The translations under genes and the position numbers were made by a program. The notes below the pieces were generated by a model. That model was given only the letters and a program-made list of their open reading frames with translations. It was not told the origin of the DNA and made no database searches. Shown here one piece after another: positions 13,708 to 24,839 of a stretch of 64,000 nt of DNA. This DNA comes from Malacoraja senta (taxonomy: Eukaryota): the NCBI GenBank assembly GCA_038087875.1, contig CM075990.1, positions 12,960,001-13,024,000 of the forward strand, given 5' to 3'. Position 1 is the first letter of the stretch. Each line of letters starts with the position of its first letter.

Positions 13708-13860
13708 AGATAGACACAAAAAGCTGGAGTAACTCAGCGGGACAGACTGTATCTCTGGAGAAAAGGAATCTTCTTGGGATCCTGCCTGCCCCGCTGAGTT
13801 ACTCCAGCTTTTTGTGTCTATCTTCGGTTCAAACCAACATCTGCAGTTCCTTCCTACACA
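13708..13860. mobile_element. Penelope-derived fold-back mini-element with 13-bp TSD
   Basis: Inverted arms agatagacacaaaaagctggagtaactcagcgg / ccgctgagttactccagctttttgtgtctatct. attaatttattgg at 13695-13707 and 13861-13873. Confidence 0.8.
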
Positions 13861-14763
13861 ATTAATTTATTGGGCTGCAGGCCCTACGATCAGTGGCAAT
13901 AAAGAACAAAGCACTTTCTTATCTGCCTTGTTGCCAACATGCATACTCACAGAACCTGGCAGCAAATAAAATCACTGTGGGACTTAACAGCTCATATCAC
14001 TGTTTTTGCCCAGTGCGCACAACCATATCTATTTAATTACATCAGAAATCTTTTGTGTGTTGGACTTGCACGCAAGAAGCAAGGTAGCATATTATTGATG
14101 TCTGCCTCGGACTGTTCTTGCCACAGGGATTCTCAAATCCACTGGTTAAAGTCAGATAAAAATGAACAGTTTACCACCACGAGTTACTGGCTGGGTCACG
14201 TATACCAACTGTTAACTGTTTTGCTTGTGCAATCCACACACGTCTTCTTAAAGCCTGTCAGTGGGAGGGATTCACCCTTATCTCATCTCATCGATCATCT
14301 CCCCTACAACTTTCAAGTGCAGAGACTCCTGGACGCACAAATTGGTTTCTAAGCCCAGGACTGCAAGAGTGCTAAAGAGAGACACAAAATGCTGGAGTAA
14401 CTCAGTAGGGACAGGCAGCATCTCTGGATAGAAGGAATGGGTGATGTTTCGGATCGAGGCCCTTCTTCAAATACTCTTGCACTATTTTCAATTTAAAGAG
14501 ATTAGTCATGTTTACCATCTCCCTTGTGATCAAGTGGTTAAATCCAAACTGTCCAGTTACTGGGTGTAGGTTAACCAGAAAGCAGAAGTAACACACTATC
14601 CCTACAACGCGAGTTGGGTTTAGCAGTGTGAATGACCCAAAACGTCACCCATTCCCGCTCTCCAGAGATGGTGCCTGTCCCGCTGAGTTGCTCCTGCATT
14701 TTGTGTCTATCTTCGGTTTAAACCAGCATCTGCAGTTCCTTCCTACAACTGAGAGAGTGCTAT

Positions 14764-15101
14764 GACAGATGGCGCAATGGGCTAAGTGTTCGGCTGGCAA
14801 CCGGAAGGTAGCCGGTTCGAATCCCGCTTGGAGTGCATACTGTCGTTGTGTCCTTGGGCAAGACACTTCACCCACCTTTGCCTGCGTGTGAATGTGTGTG
14901 AGTGATTGGTGGTGGTCGGAGGGGCCATAGGCGCAAATTAGCAGCCACGCCTCCGTCAGTCTGCCCCAGGGCAGCTGTGGCTACAGAAGTAGCTCACCAC
15001 CACCGAGTGTGACTGAGGAGTGAATGAATAATGCGATGTAAAGCGCCTTGAGTATTAGAAAGGCGCTATATAAATCCCATCCATTATTATTATTATTATT
15101 A
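14764..15101 (+). mobile_element. tRNA-derived SINE with CORE-like block and L2-type 3' stem-loop/(ATT)n tail (copy 1)
   Basis: tggcgcaatgg A box, ggttcgaatcc B box, gtgtccttgggcaagacactt, hairpin agcgcctt...aaggcgct and (att)n. Confidence 0.8.
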
Positions 15102-15974
15102 TGTTTGGTGTCCTTGAGGAGAGCAACAATTAGGCTCAAGGCTGCCTGATTATCAAAGGCTCAGGGCTGTGCTGCATTGGGTGACGCAGAAGGAGGTCCT
15201 TCAACTAACCTAAAGAACATAGGACACTACAACACAGGAACAGGCCCACAATGTCTGTGCCGAACATGAAGCCAAGATAAACTAATCCTCTCTGCCTCTA
15301 TTCACTGCATGTCCTGGTGCCTATCTAAAAACCTCTTCAATACCACTCTTATCAGCCTCTTATCAGCCTCCATCACCACCGTATTCCAGATACTCACTAC
15401 TCTCCTTATCAAAACTTGCTCTGCAAAGCTCCTTTAAACTTTCTCCCTCTTCCCTTAATCTTTGACATTTCCACTCTGAGAAAAAGGTTCTGACGAAGGT
15501 CTCGACCCGAAACGTCACCCATTCCTTCCCTCCAGAGATGCTGTCTGACCCACTGAGTTATTCCAGTTTTTTGTGTCTATCTTCGGATTAAACCAGCATC
15601 TGCAGTTCCTTCCTGCACATTCTGACTATCTACGTTTTATATTTCTGAAGTCTCTCTCAACCTCCTACGCCCCAGAAAAAACAATCCAAGTTTGTCCCAC
15701 ATCTCCGAATAGCTATTAGCTTTATTACTTATTACATTCTTTGTTATGTTATCAAATTCACCTGGGTTTGAAACTGATTTTATTCATTTGAATAATCATA
15801 GCCTAGCAATTGCATCAACTCTTCATTAGGTGGTGTTACAGAGCAAAATAATATAATGCAAGAGGATCTGTGAATCGTGAGTAAAGCACAAAGTGGGTCA
15901 GGCAACATCTCTGGAGGGCAGGGAAAGAGACATTTTGGGTCAGAACCCTTCTTCAGAAGATGATACAAAATTGA

Positions 15975-16272
15975 AGGTGTGGCACTGTGGTGCAGCGGAC
16001 GAGTTGCTGGCTTACAGCACCCGGTTGCGATCCCGACTACGGGTGCTGTTTGTATGGAGTTTGTACGTTCTCCCTGTGACCGCGTGGGTTTTCTCCGGGT
16101 GCTTCCTCTCGCACTCCAAAGACGTACACATTTGTAGGTTAATTGGGTTCTGTAAAATTGAAAATTGTCTCTAGTGTGTAGCATAGTGCTAGTGCATGGG
16201 GTGATCGCTGGTTGGCGCAGACTCGTTGGGCCAAAAGGACAGTTTCCGCACTGTATCTCTAAACTAAACAAA
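15975..16272 (+). mobile_element. V-SINE (HE1-like)
   Basis: Decayed tRNA head, V-core and taaac tail. Confidence 0.8.
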
Positions 16273-16837
16273 ATAATAATAATTAAAGTCTACTCTGGCA
16301 TCTGCTTACTGGCGGATCCTTGTTTCAACTGTACTGGAGTTATTGGCCAGTCACAGCAAATAATCCCTTCCCCTGAGCTAACAGCACACCCAACCCAGGA
16401 TAGGAAAGCAAGAAGGGGCTCGACCCGAAACGTCACCCATTCCTTCTATCCACAGATGCTGTCTGTCCTGCTGAGTTACTCCGGCATTTTGTATCTCACT
16501 TGGGAGAGCACCCAGTGGTTGAGAGCTCGGTGAGACTCAAATCAATAGCTACACATTGCTGGTGAGTGTGCAACATAGACTGCACTTCTTGGCTCACATT
16601 GTTCAGAAACTGCAAACCAATGTGCATTTCCTCAAGGAAATCTATTTAATTTGCATCGGTCTTTGCAATATACCATAGTATTTTATGAGCTTTCTTAATT
16701 ACTTGCTATACTCGCCTTATAACCCTGCACTAGGATTGTTAGATCTCTTTGTACCTCTGTGGTATCCAGTCTTTCACCCTTCGCAAAATGTGCTTCTTTT
16801 TGCTACCCAAATGGGCAATTTCACAGGTTCCACTTTA

Positions 16838-17064
16838 AGGGCCTGTCCCACTTGGGCGACATTTGCGCGCCACACAGATGGCGCGCGAAGATTTTGTACA
16901 TCACAAAATCCTGGGGCTCCGCGCGCGACCCTTCCTAGGTCACCACGCACCATGCGCGCGTAATGTGCACCATGCGCGCATCATGTGTGTGGCACGACGC
17001 GTGCGTCGTGCGTCGTGACGCGTAAATGATGACGTGTAAATGACGCCCAAGTGGGACAGGCCCT
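16838..17064. mobile_element. PIF/Harbinger-like MITE
   Basis: About 27-bp TIR agggcctgtcccacttgggcg(a/t)cattt with TTA on both sides; CpG-rich interior. Confidence 0.88.
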
Positions 17065-17132
17065 TTAATCTCCATTTGCCTGATCTTTGGCCACTCAACT
17101 AACGTTCCTTTAATTGTTCTTTGGCTTCCGTA

Positions 17133-17384
17133 TGGGCCTGTCCCACTTGGCGATTTTTTAGGCAACTGCCGGTGACTGTCATAGTCGAAGCAGGTTGCCG
17201 AAAAACCGGCAACAACCTTCGACAGCACCTACGTCAAACCCACTGTCGCCGAATTTATTTTAACATGTTGAAAATTTAGCGGTGACCAGAAAGACGCTAC
17301 GACTTTTTGCATGACTGAGATTATTCTCGGCGACCACCGGTGAACATATGGCGACAAACTAGTCGCCTGGATGGGACAGGCCCA
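17133..17384. mobile_element. PIF/Harbinger-like MITE (different interior)
   Basis: tgggcctgtcccacttggcga ... tcgcctggatgggacaggccca, with gta/tta flanks. Confidence 0.8.
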
Positions 17385-17639
17385 TTAAGATATCAACACA
17401 ACTTGCTCTCCTACCTACATTTGCGTTGTCAACAAATTTAGCAAACAAACAGTATATCCATGGTCTCTCCATTCAGTCACTAATATAAATGCATAACCTG
17501 ATCCCTGTGGTATTTCACTTGCTATCTCTTGCCAACCAGAAACAGATTCATTTGTGTCGACTTTGATTCCGGTTAACCAGCCAATCTTCTATCTTCTAAG
17601 TGCAGCCTCTCCATCCACTAGGGGATGCTAGTTGCTTCA

Positions 17640-18050
17640 ATGACTTGTTCTGGGCCCAGCACGTAGGTGTAATCATGAAGAAGGTGTGTCAGCACCTCTT
17701 CATTCTCAGAAATGTAAAGAGATTTGACATGTCACCAAATACTCTGAACAAATTTCTGCAGATGTACTGTGGGAAGTATCCTCATTGGTCGTATCATGGC
17801 CTGGGACGGCAATTCCAATGCACAGAGGCTGCAGAGTGGTGGACTCAGCCCGTTCCAACCTTCCCACCATCGAAAGCATCTACACGAGGTGCTGCCTCAA
17901 GACGACTAGCATCTCTCATACAGAATCCCCACCCTTCGGGCCGTTCCTCTTCTCACTGCTACCATCGCGCAGGAGGTACAGAAACCTGAAGTCCCACACC
18001 GCCAGGTTCAAGAGCAGCTACTTTTCTCCAACCATCAAGTTTTTGAACTG
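17640..18050 (+). mobile_element. Decayed Rex1/Babar-like LINE ORF 3' fragment
   Basis: WAQHVGVIMKKVCQHLFILRNVKRFDMSPNTL, then in another frame LFSLLPSRRRYRNLKSHTARFKSSYF, typical of Rex1-type C-termini. A related piece lies at ~27945-28070. Confidence 0.7.
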
Positions 18051-18760
18051 ACCTGCACAACCCGAAGCAAAACACAAAGTGCTGGAGTAACTCAGTGGGT
18101 CAGGCAGCATCTGCGGAGGGAATGTGCATTCACTTCTTCCGCAGATGCTGCCGGATCCGCCGAGATCCTCCAGCACTTTGTGTTTTGCTCAAGGTTGCAG
18201 CATCAGCAGTTCCTTGTGTCTCCATTTTACTGCACAACCCTAATCCTACCTCCGCAACCGAGCATTATGGACCACCTTTGCATCACCATGGACTTGTTTT
18301 CTAATTGCACTTTGCACTTCTGAATGTCTTGTTTTTGCACAGTCTTTTTCTTTTCACTGCCTTGTAGAATTTATAGATAATTCATAATTTATGTTTTGCG
18401 TGCTGGTTGAGTCTACTTGCCTGTGATGCTGCTGCAAGCAAGATGTTCATTGTATCTACACTTCACTGTACCCATGCATATAATGATAAACTCAACTTGA
18501 TTTGCCCCATTCTGTATTATTTCAATGTCTCTTTAGAGGCAGTGACCCGACATGTTCACTTTATACTGGTTGACATTGCCACATAGCTGAAACGCTGATG
18601 TGTTGAGTGGCGTTATTAGCAAACTACAACCAACAATAAAAATAGCACCAAGGCGCTTTTTATAATATGTTAAACATGCAGGGTCCCCACAGTTCATTAT
18701 CAGATATGTAGAAAATTCATAGCGCTCAGGAAGACTGACTCCTGGTATGCGGTCTATAGT

Positions 18761-19010
18761 GTAGGAAGGAACTGCAGATGCTGGTTTAAACCGAAGATAG
18801 ACACAAAAAGCTGGAGTAACTCAGCGAGTCAGACAGCATCTCTGGAGAATGGAGAAAAGGAATATTGACATTTTGGGTCGGAACCCTTCTTCAGACTGTT
18901 TTCAGTAGTTAGTCTGAAGAAGGGTCCCGATCCGAAACGTCACCTATTCATTTTCTCCAGAGATGCTGCCTGACCCACTGAGTTACTCCAGCTTTTTTTT
19001 GTCTATAAGT
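18761..19010. mobile_element. Penelope-derived fold-back element with two opposed hammerhead-like cores
   Basis: Inverted arms. Core CTGAAGA-A-GGGTCCCGATCC-GAAAC-GTC at 18914-18941. ggtctatagt is duplicated at 18751-18760 and 19011-19020. Confidence 0.78.
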
Positions 19011-19062
19011 GGTCTATAGTTATGGAATCACAGCCTGGTTAAACCAGCATTGATAAAGCCTA

Positions 19063-19500
19063 GGTGGACACAAAATGCTGGAGTAACTCAGCGGGACAGG
19101 CAGCATCTCTGGAGAGAAGGAATGGGTGACGTTTCGGGTTGAGACCCATCTTCAGACTGATGTCAGGGGAGGGGGCAGGTCAAAGATAGAATGGAGGCGG
19201 AGACAGTAAGACTGGTGGGAGAACTGGGAAGGGGGAGGGGATGGAGAGAGAAAGCAAGGGCTGTCTGAAGTTAGAGAGGTCAATGTTCATACTGCTGGGG
19301 TGTAAACTACCCAAGCAAAATATGAGGTGCTGATCCTCCAATTTGTGCTGGACCTCACTCTGACAACGGAGGAGGCCCAGGACAGAAAGGTCAGATTGGG
19401 AATGAGAGGGGGAGTTGAAGAGCTGAGCCACCAGGAGATCAGGTAGGTTAAGATGGAGTGAGCGGAGGTGTTTAGTGAAACGATCGCCGAGCCTGCGCTG
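19063..19500 (-). mobile_element. Penelope-like element 3' fragment (GIY-YIG C-terminus and pLTR)
   Basis: RRLGDRFTKHLRS...VAQLFNSPSHSQSDLSVLGL...KLEDQHLIFCLGSLHPSSMN. Confidence 0.82.
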
Positions 19501-20112
19501 CGTCAGTCTGCGTCTCTGCAACAAATTCAACGCATGCTTCAGCTGCTCTGTCTATGTGCTGCCTTCAATGTTCCCAGGGGCTCCACCACTCTGGCATCAT
19601 CTCCCATCTCTGGCAGCTCAGCTGATGGATTTCACACCTGCTTACAGCTGATGGCTGACAGCTGAGGACAAGCTGCACCAACACCAGGCTACATGACACG
19701 GCCCAGTAGCCAGCTGACACCACTGATTCACCTCACACCGCCAACTGTTTGTTCTCCGTTAATCTCTGTTGAGCCAAGAAGCAGCCTACTGACAGAGGAA
19801 GGACACAGTGGCCTGCTCTCTCCCTGCCTATGTTCAAGGTTATTCTTCAGTCTCTGCCATTCTCTCCACCCCCTTGATTCTTGGAAACAATAGACAATAG
19901 GTGCAGGAGTAGGCCATTCGGCCCTTCGAGCCAGCACCGCCATTCAATGTGATCATGGCTGATCATCCACAATCAGTACCCCGTTCCTGCCTTCTCCCCA
20001 TATGATTAATACACAAAAATCTGGAGTAATTCAGCGGGTCAGGCAGCATCTGTGGAGAGAAGGAATAGGTGACCTTTCCGGTCGAGACCTGAAACGTCAC
20101 CTGAAACGTGGA

Positions 20113-20460
20113 CGACAGATGGCGCAATGGGCTAAGTGTTCGGCTGGCAACCGGAAGGTAGCCGGTTCGAATCCCGCTTGGAGTGTATACTGTCGTTGTG
20201 TCCTTGGGCAAGACACTTCACCCACCTTTGCCTGCGTGTGAATGTGTGTGAATGTGTGTGAATGATTGGTGGTGGTCGGAGGGGCCGTAGGCGCGGATTA
20301 GCAGCCACGCTTCCGTCAGTCTGCCCCAGGGCAGCTGTGGCTACAGAAGTAGCTCACCACCATCGAGTGTGACTGAGGAGTGAATGAATAATGCGATTTA
20401 AAGCGCCTTGAGTATTAGAAAGGCACTATATAAATCCCATCCATTATTATTATTATTGTT
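20113..20460 (+). mobile_element. tRNA/CORE-like SINE with L2-type tail (copy 2), inserted in a Penelope fold-back
   Basis: Near-identical to 14764-15101. Confidence 0.8.
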
Positions 20461-22717
20461 ATTCATTTTCTCCAGAGATGCTGCCCCACCCGCTGAGTTA
20501 CTCCAGCTTTTTGAGTCTAACTTCGGTGTAAACCAGCATCTGCAATTCCTGCCCACACAACCTTTAATCAATGCCGGCCCACACAAGAATAAAACACCAA
20601 CCTCTAACCTCTTTCACAAACTATGTTCCAGCTCCTTTGGGTGGCAGAGTGACGCAACGGTAGAGTTGCTGCCTTACAGCACCAGAAACTTGGATTTGAT
20701 CCCGACTACAGGTGCTGTCTGTATGGACTTTATACGTTCTCCCTGTGATCATGAGGGTTTCCTCCAGGTGCTCCGGTTTCCTCCCACACTCCAGAGACGT
20801 GCAGGTTTGTAACTGGCGTCTGAAAATGGATTTTTAGTGTGTAGGATAGAAATAGAGTACGGGTGAGATGGGCTGAAGGGCCTGTTTCCGCGCTGTATTC
20901 CTAAACTAAACTGAGCTGGGAAATGCCCATGCTTCCCTCATTTGTCTTACCTTTTGTTCCTTCCATTTGCGGGATTACTGATCAGGTTCCGCCCCCACCA
21001 CATCCAACCTGACTGAATCAGATTGCCTGGTCGTGGCCGTTTGTGCCAGCTGGTAAACACTGGAACCTTTCCACCGAAATTACGCTGGGACCACTCAAGC
21101 CACAGATTGCAGGCTCCAATCAAGCCACAGAATTGCATCCGCCAATTTGAACTGACCACATAAAAAAAGCTGGGGTAGACAAAAATGCTGGAAACGTCGC
21201 CTATTCCTTCGCTCCATAGATGCTGCCTCACCCGCTGAGTTTCTCCAGCATTTTTGTCTACCTTCGATTTTTCCAGCATCTGCAGTTCTATCTTAAACAT
21301 AAAAAACCTGCACATGGTCACATTCCTTCTCTCCCCAGATGCTGCCTGTCCCGCTGAGTTACTGCAGCATTTTGTGTCTATCTTCGGTGTAAACCAGCAT
21401 CTACACATTAAGTCACGTTGAGCTCGCAATGCCCTGGTAATATTTGTGTCTCAGAGACTCCAGGTCCACATCTGGAGTCACTGAGGCCATATTTGGAGTT
21501 TGCACGTTCTCCCTGTGACCTTTGGGTTTCCTTTGGGTGCTCCCGTTTCCTCCCACATCCCAACGACGTGTGGGTTCGTATGTTAATTAGTCTCTGTGAA
21601 TTATCCCCCCTTCTATCCAGGGAGTGTCAGTAAATGATTAGTAAGGGTGTCAAAGATTATGGGGAGAAGGCAGGAGAATGGGGTTGAGAGGGAAGGACAG
21701 ATCAGCCATGATTCAACGGTGGGGTAGACTCGATGGGCCAAACGGCCTACTTCTGCTTCTGTGACTTATAAACAGATGCGAAAGTGTGGCAACATACAAA
21801 TAGTACGAACAGGTGATCAATGGTTACTTGGTGGGCCAAAGGGCCTGTTTCCATGTTGTATCTTTCCATCAATTCAATATAAAAACTTACTGCATGGAGA
21901 CTGATTGCTATGTTGTTCTGCAGACTACATCTCAATAGTATTTAGCTGGTTTGCCCCTCCCTGGTCAAAGGTGAAAAATGCAGCACAAATGCACTTTAAG
22001 TCTTTATTTACACATATCCCCCAGTGACATATTTTGTTTGCGCTGTGAGGCAAACACTACAGTGACAGGTGAACGGTGGGGTCAGTATTAGTCACTTCCC
22101 AAAGCAGCATGCCACTGAGGAAGTTTTACACAACTAGTTAATGGAAAACTTTTTTTTCTCCTAATGTTCTTTGTTCTTATTTATTGAACATGTTAAAAAA
22201 TACAAACACAAATAAACTGATAAGCAATAAAAAAGAAAATAAAACACAAAGGAAAACAAACAAATAAGTAACTCAAATAATACAAATAATATCGTTCATG
22301 TTCAAAAGGGGTAAGAAGAAGTTCGAAAACTTTTCTGGTCCTAATGTTCACGGCACTATTGACAATAAACTAGTACCTCAGGACACTCCATCTCCAGAAA
22401 GGTAAAGGGTTAAAGATTTACATTTTTGTAGCACCTATTCCACCCCTTGCTGGAGTACTTTCCAGTCAATGACGTACTTTCAAAGTGCAGTCACTGTTAT
22501 AATGTAAGAATAACATGCAATTTGCACAACAAGTTCCTGCAAACTGCATTGTGTTAATTGTGACAATCTGTTTGTTAGTAATGATGAGCGAGGCTTGTTT
22601 ATTGAAGATAATCTTACTGTTGCTTGAAATTGGGCCTTGAAATCAGAGCGAGGTGGAGGAGGAGGTTAAGATCACCAAAGGGTGGGACGGTGACGCAGCG
22701 TTAAAGTCGCTGCCTCA

Positions 22718-23379
22718 AAGCAGAATGGATTATCTTCGGAATGACGGAAGATGGTCCAGAACTAAATGTGTTTCAAAAGAAACTAATAGACTACGGGTTA
22801 ATAACCGGAAAAAAGCTAATCCTAAAATTTTGGAAGAAGGCTCCAATACCAACTATAAACATGTGGATTTCAAATATGTTCGAAACATTACACCTAGAAG
22901 AGATAAGACTTCTCCTGGCAGGTAAACCAGATCACTTCCACCTGACGTGGTCTGTATTTATAGAATTATTACAAAAATAGGGTGCAAAGGTACTTTAAAA
23001 AAAAAACCTGAGGTCAGGTAAGGGGGGGATGAAAGTTGGAGAGTTGGTATGTCCCATTTGCGTAATGCTCATAAAAACTATTTGTTTTTCTCTTTTCCCT
23101 CTTTCTCTTTCTCCTTCTTTTCTAGGGTCTATTTCTTAACTCTTTTTCTTTTGTTTTTAATTTTGTTCTTATAGGATCTTCGTTCTTTCTTGTTGTCACA
23201 TTTTCTACACTTTCACTTTTTCCTTCACGTTCTTCTTTCTCTCAATCTCATCCTTTCCCTTTACTAGTGTGTAAAACAAACGGAGTACATTAATTGTAAG
23301 AAGATATAAGTGACGAGTACTAATGTATGTGGTTGTAATGTAATGTACTTCTAATAAATAAAAAATTTAAAAAAGAAAA
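22718..23379 (+). mobile_element. 5'-truncated L1-clade LINE (ORF2 C-terminus, 3' UTR, polyA)
   Basis: IIFGMTED...GKKLILKFWKKAPIPTINMWISNMFETLHLEEIR...FHLTWSVFI*, then a pyrimidine-rich UTR, AATAAA and an A-rich tail. Confidence 0.8.
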
Positions 23380-23436
23380 GAAATTGGGCCTTGAAATCAG
23401 AGCGAGGTGGAGGAGGAGGTTAAGATCACCAAAGGG

Positions 23437-23732
23437 TGGGACGGTGACGCAGCATTAAAGTCGCTGCCTCACAGCGCCGGAGTCCCGGGTTCAATCCCAA
23501 CTACGGGTGCTGTCTGTACGGAGTTTATACCTTCTCCCCATGACTGCGTGGGTTTTCTCCGAGATCTTCGGTTTCCTCCCACACTCCACAGACGTACAGG
23601 TTTATAAGTTAAATGGCTTGGTATACAGTAAGTGTCAAATGTCCCTAGTGTGTGTAGAATAGAGTTAATGTGTGGGGGTCGCTGGTCGGTGCGGGCTCAG
23701 TGGGTCGAAGGGCTTCTTTCCGCTAAACTAAA
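23437..23732 (+). mobile_element. V-SINE (HE1-like)
   Basis: tRNA head, V-core and tail. Confidence 0.8.
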
Positions 23733-24204
23733 ACACCTTTTCCAAGAGATAGCACTTCCAACAGTGTCTCCCCCTCACAGATTAACAGCCCATATATAAA
23801 TATAAATATATACCTATATTTTTGGTGAGGGACTGGACCTCACATCCTTCTGAGGTGAGTTTGGTACCTACTGACCCCAGGCTAACAATGACCTTTGCTT
23901 TGTTCACTATCACCTTGGTATTAAATGAGATCTGAATTGCAAGCAGAAGGCTCAAGTCCTGCTGGAAAAAACAAAACTAATTTCATTTAGAAAGCTCACT
24001 GATATAAAGGAGGGCGAGAAAGGGAAATAAAAGGAGAGGGAAGTAAATAGGAAGAGAGAGAAAATGGGAAGGAAATAGAGACAACGTGCGTGTCCACGGA
24101 TGGAATTGAGACAGAGTTACAGAAACACTAAATCATCTCATGAAGCAACTCAGTTTGAAACTCCCAGTCTCACAAAAAAGAAAAGCCTCGACGGAAAAAC
24201 TCAC

Positions 24205-24250
24205 CCTCATCGAAGGCCTGATGCTGATCCCATGTCCGGATGTAATCATC
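24205..24250 (-). CDS. SPOCK2: SPOCK2-like 46-nt coding exon (DDYIRTWDQHQAFDE + G)
   Basis: ttttcttctcttctgtag|GATGATTACATCCGGACATGGGATCAGCATCAGGCCTTCGATGAGG|gtgagt. Resembles SPOCK2 DDYIKSWEDNQQGDE. Ends in phase 1, matching the next exon. Not present in the ORF track. Confidence 0.92.
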
Positions 24251-24839
24251 CTACAGAAGAGAAGAAAACTACTATAACACAAACAAACAAAATCATCATC
24301 GTTTAAACAGAACGTCGCTCCTCAAGTTCCCACCTGGAGCTCTGAAAGGATGAAAGATGGGATGGGATGAGAGCATTAGGTCTCAGCAATAATGAGTTAT
24401 TTTTGGACTGTTGTTATGTGGAGGTTTGCAGGCGGCTGCCCTGTCTATTCATGGAGTTAGTTATAAAATTAATTTCCCCTGACTCGTGCCAATAAAGCAC
24501 TGACAATGACTCTGCGTCTTGCGCTGTCTCTTGAACATCCTGATATGCTGCAATTATCTGAATAACTTTCTACCCATTTCATGTGAACACTGAAACAGCT
24601 CAAAAATAGGTTTTGTTTAAGAAGGTGCTGGAAAATCGAATGCTGGAAAATGCTGGTGCAGATGCTGGAAAATCGAAGGTAGACAAAAATGCTGGAGAAA
24701 CTCAGCGGGTGCGGCAGCATCTATGGAGCGAAGGAAATAGGCAACGTTTTGGGTCGAGACCCTTCTTCAGAAATAGGAGTAGGCTCAAAAATAGGCTCAA
24801 AAATAGGAGTAGGAAGAAAGACGTGGGTACATCTCAAAT

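Noticed and set aside
14764..14835. tRNA-like cloverleafs here and at the V-SINE heads
   Set aside because: They continue into SINE bodies and tails and lack a proper acceptor stem, so they are not tRNA genes.
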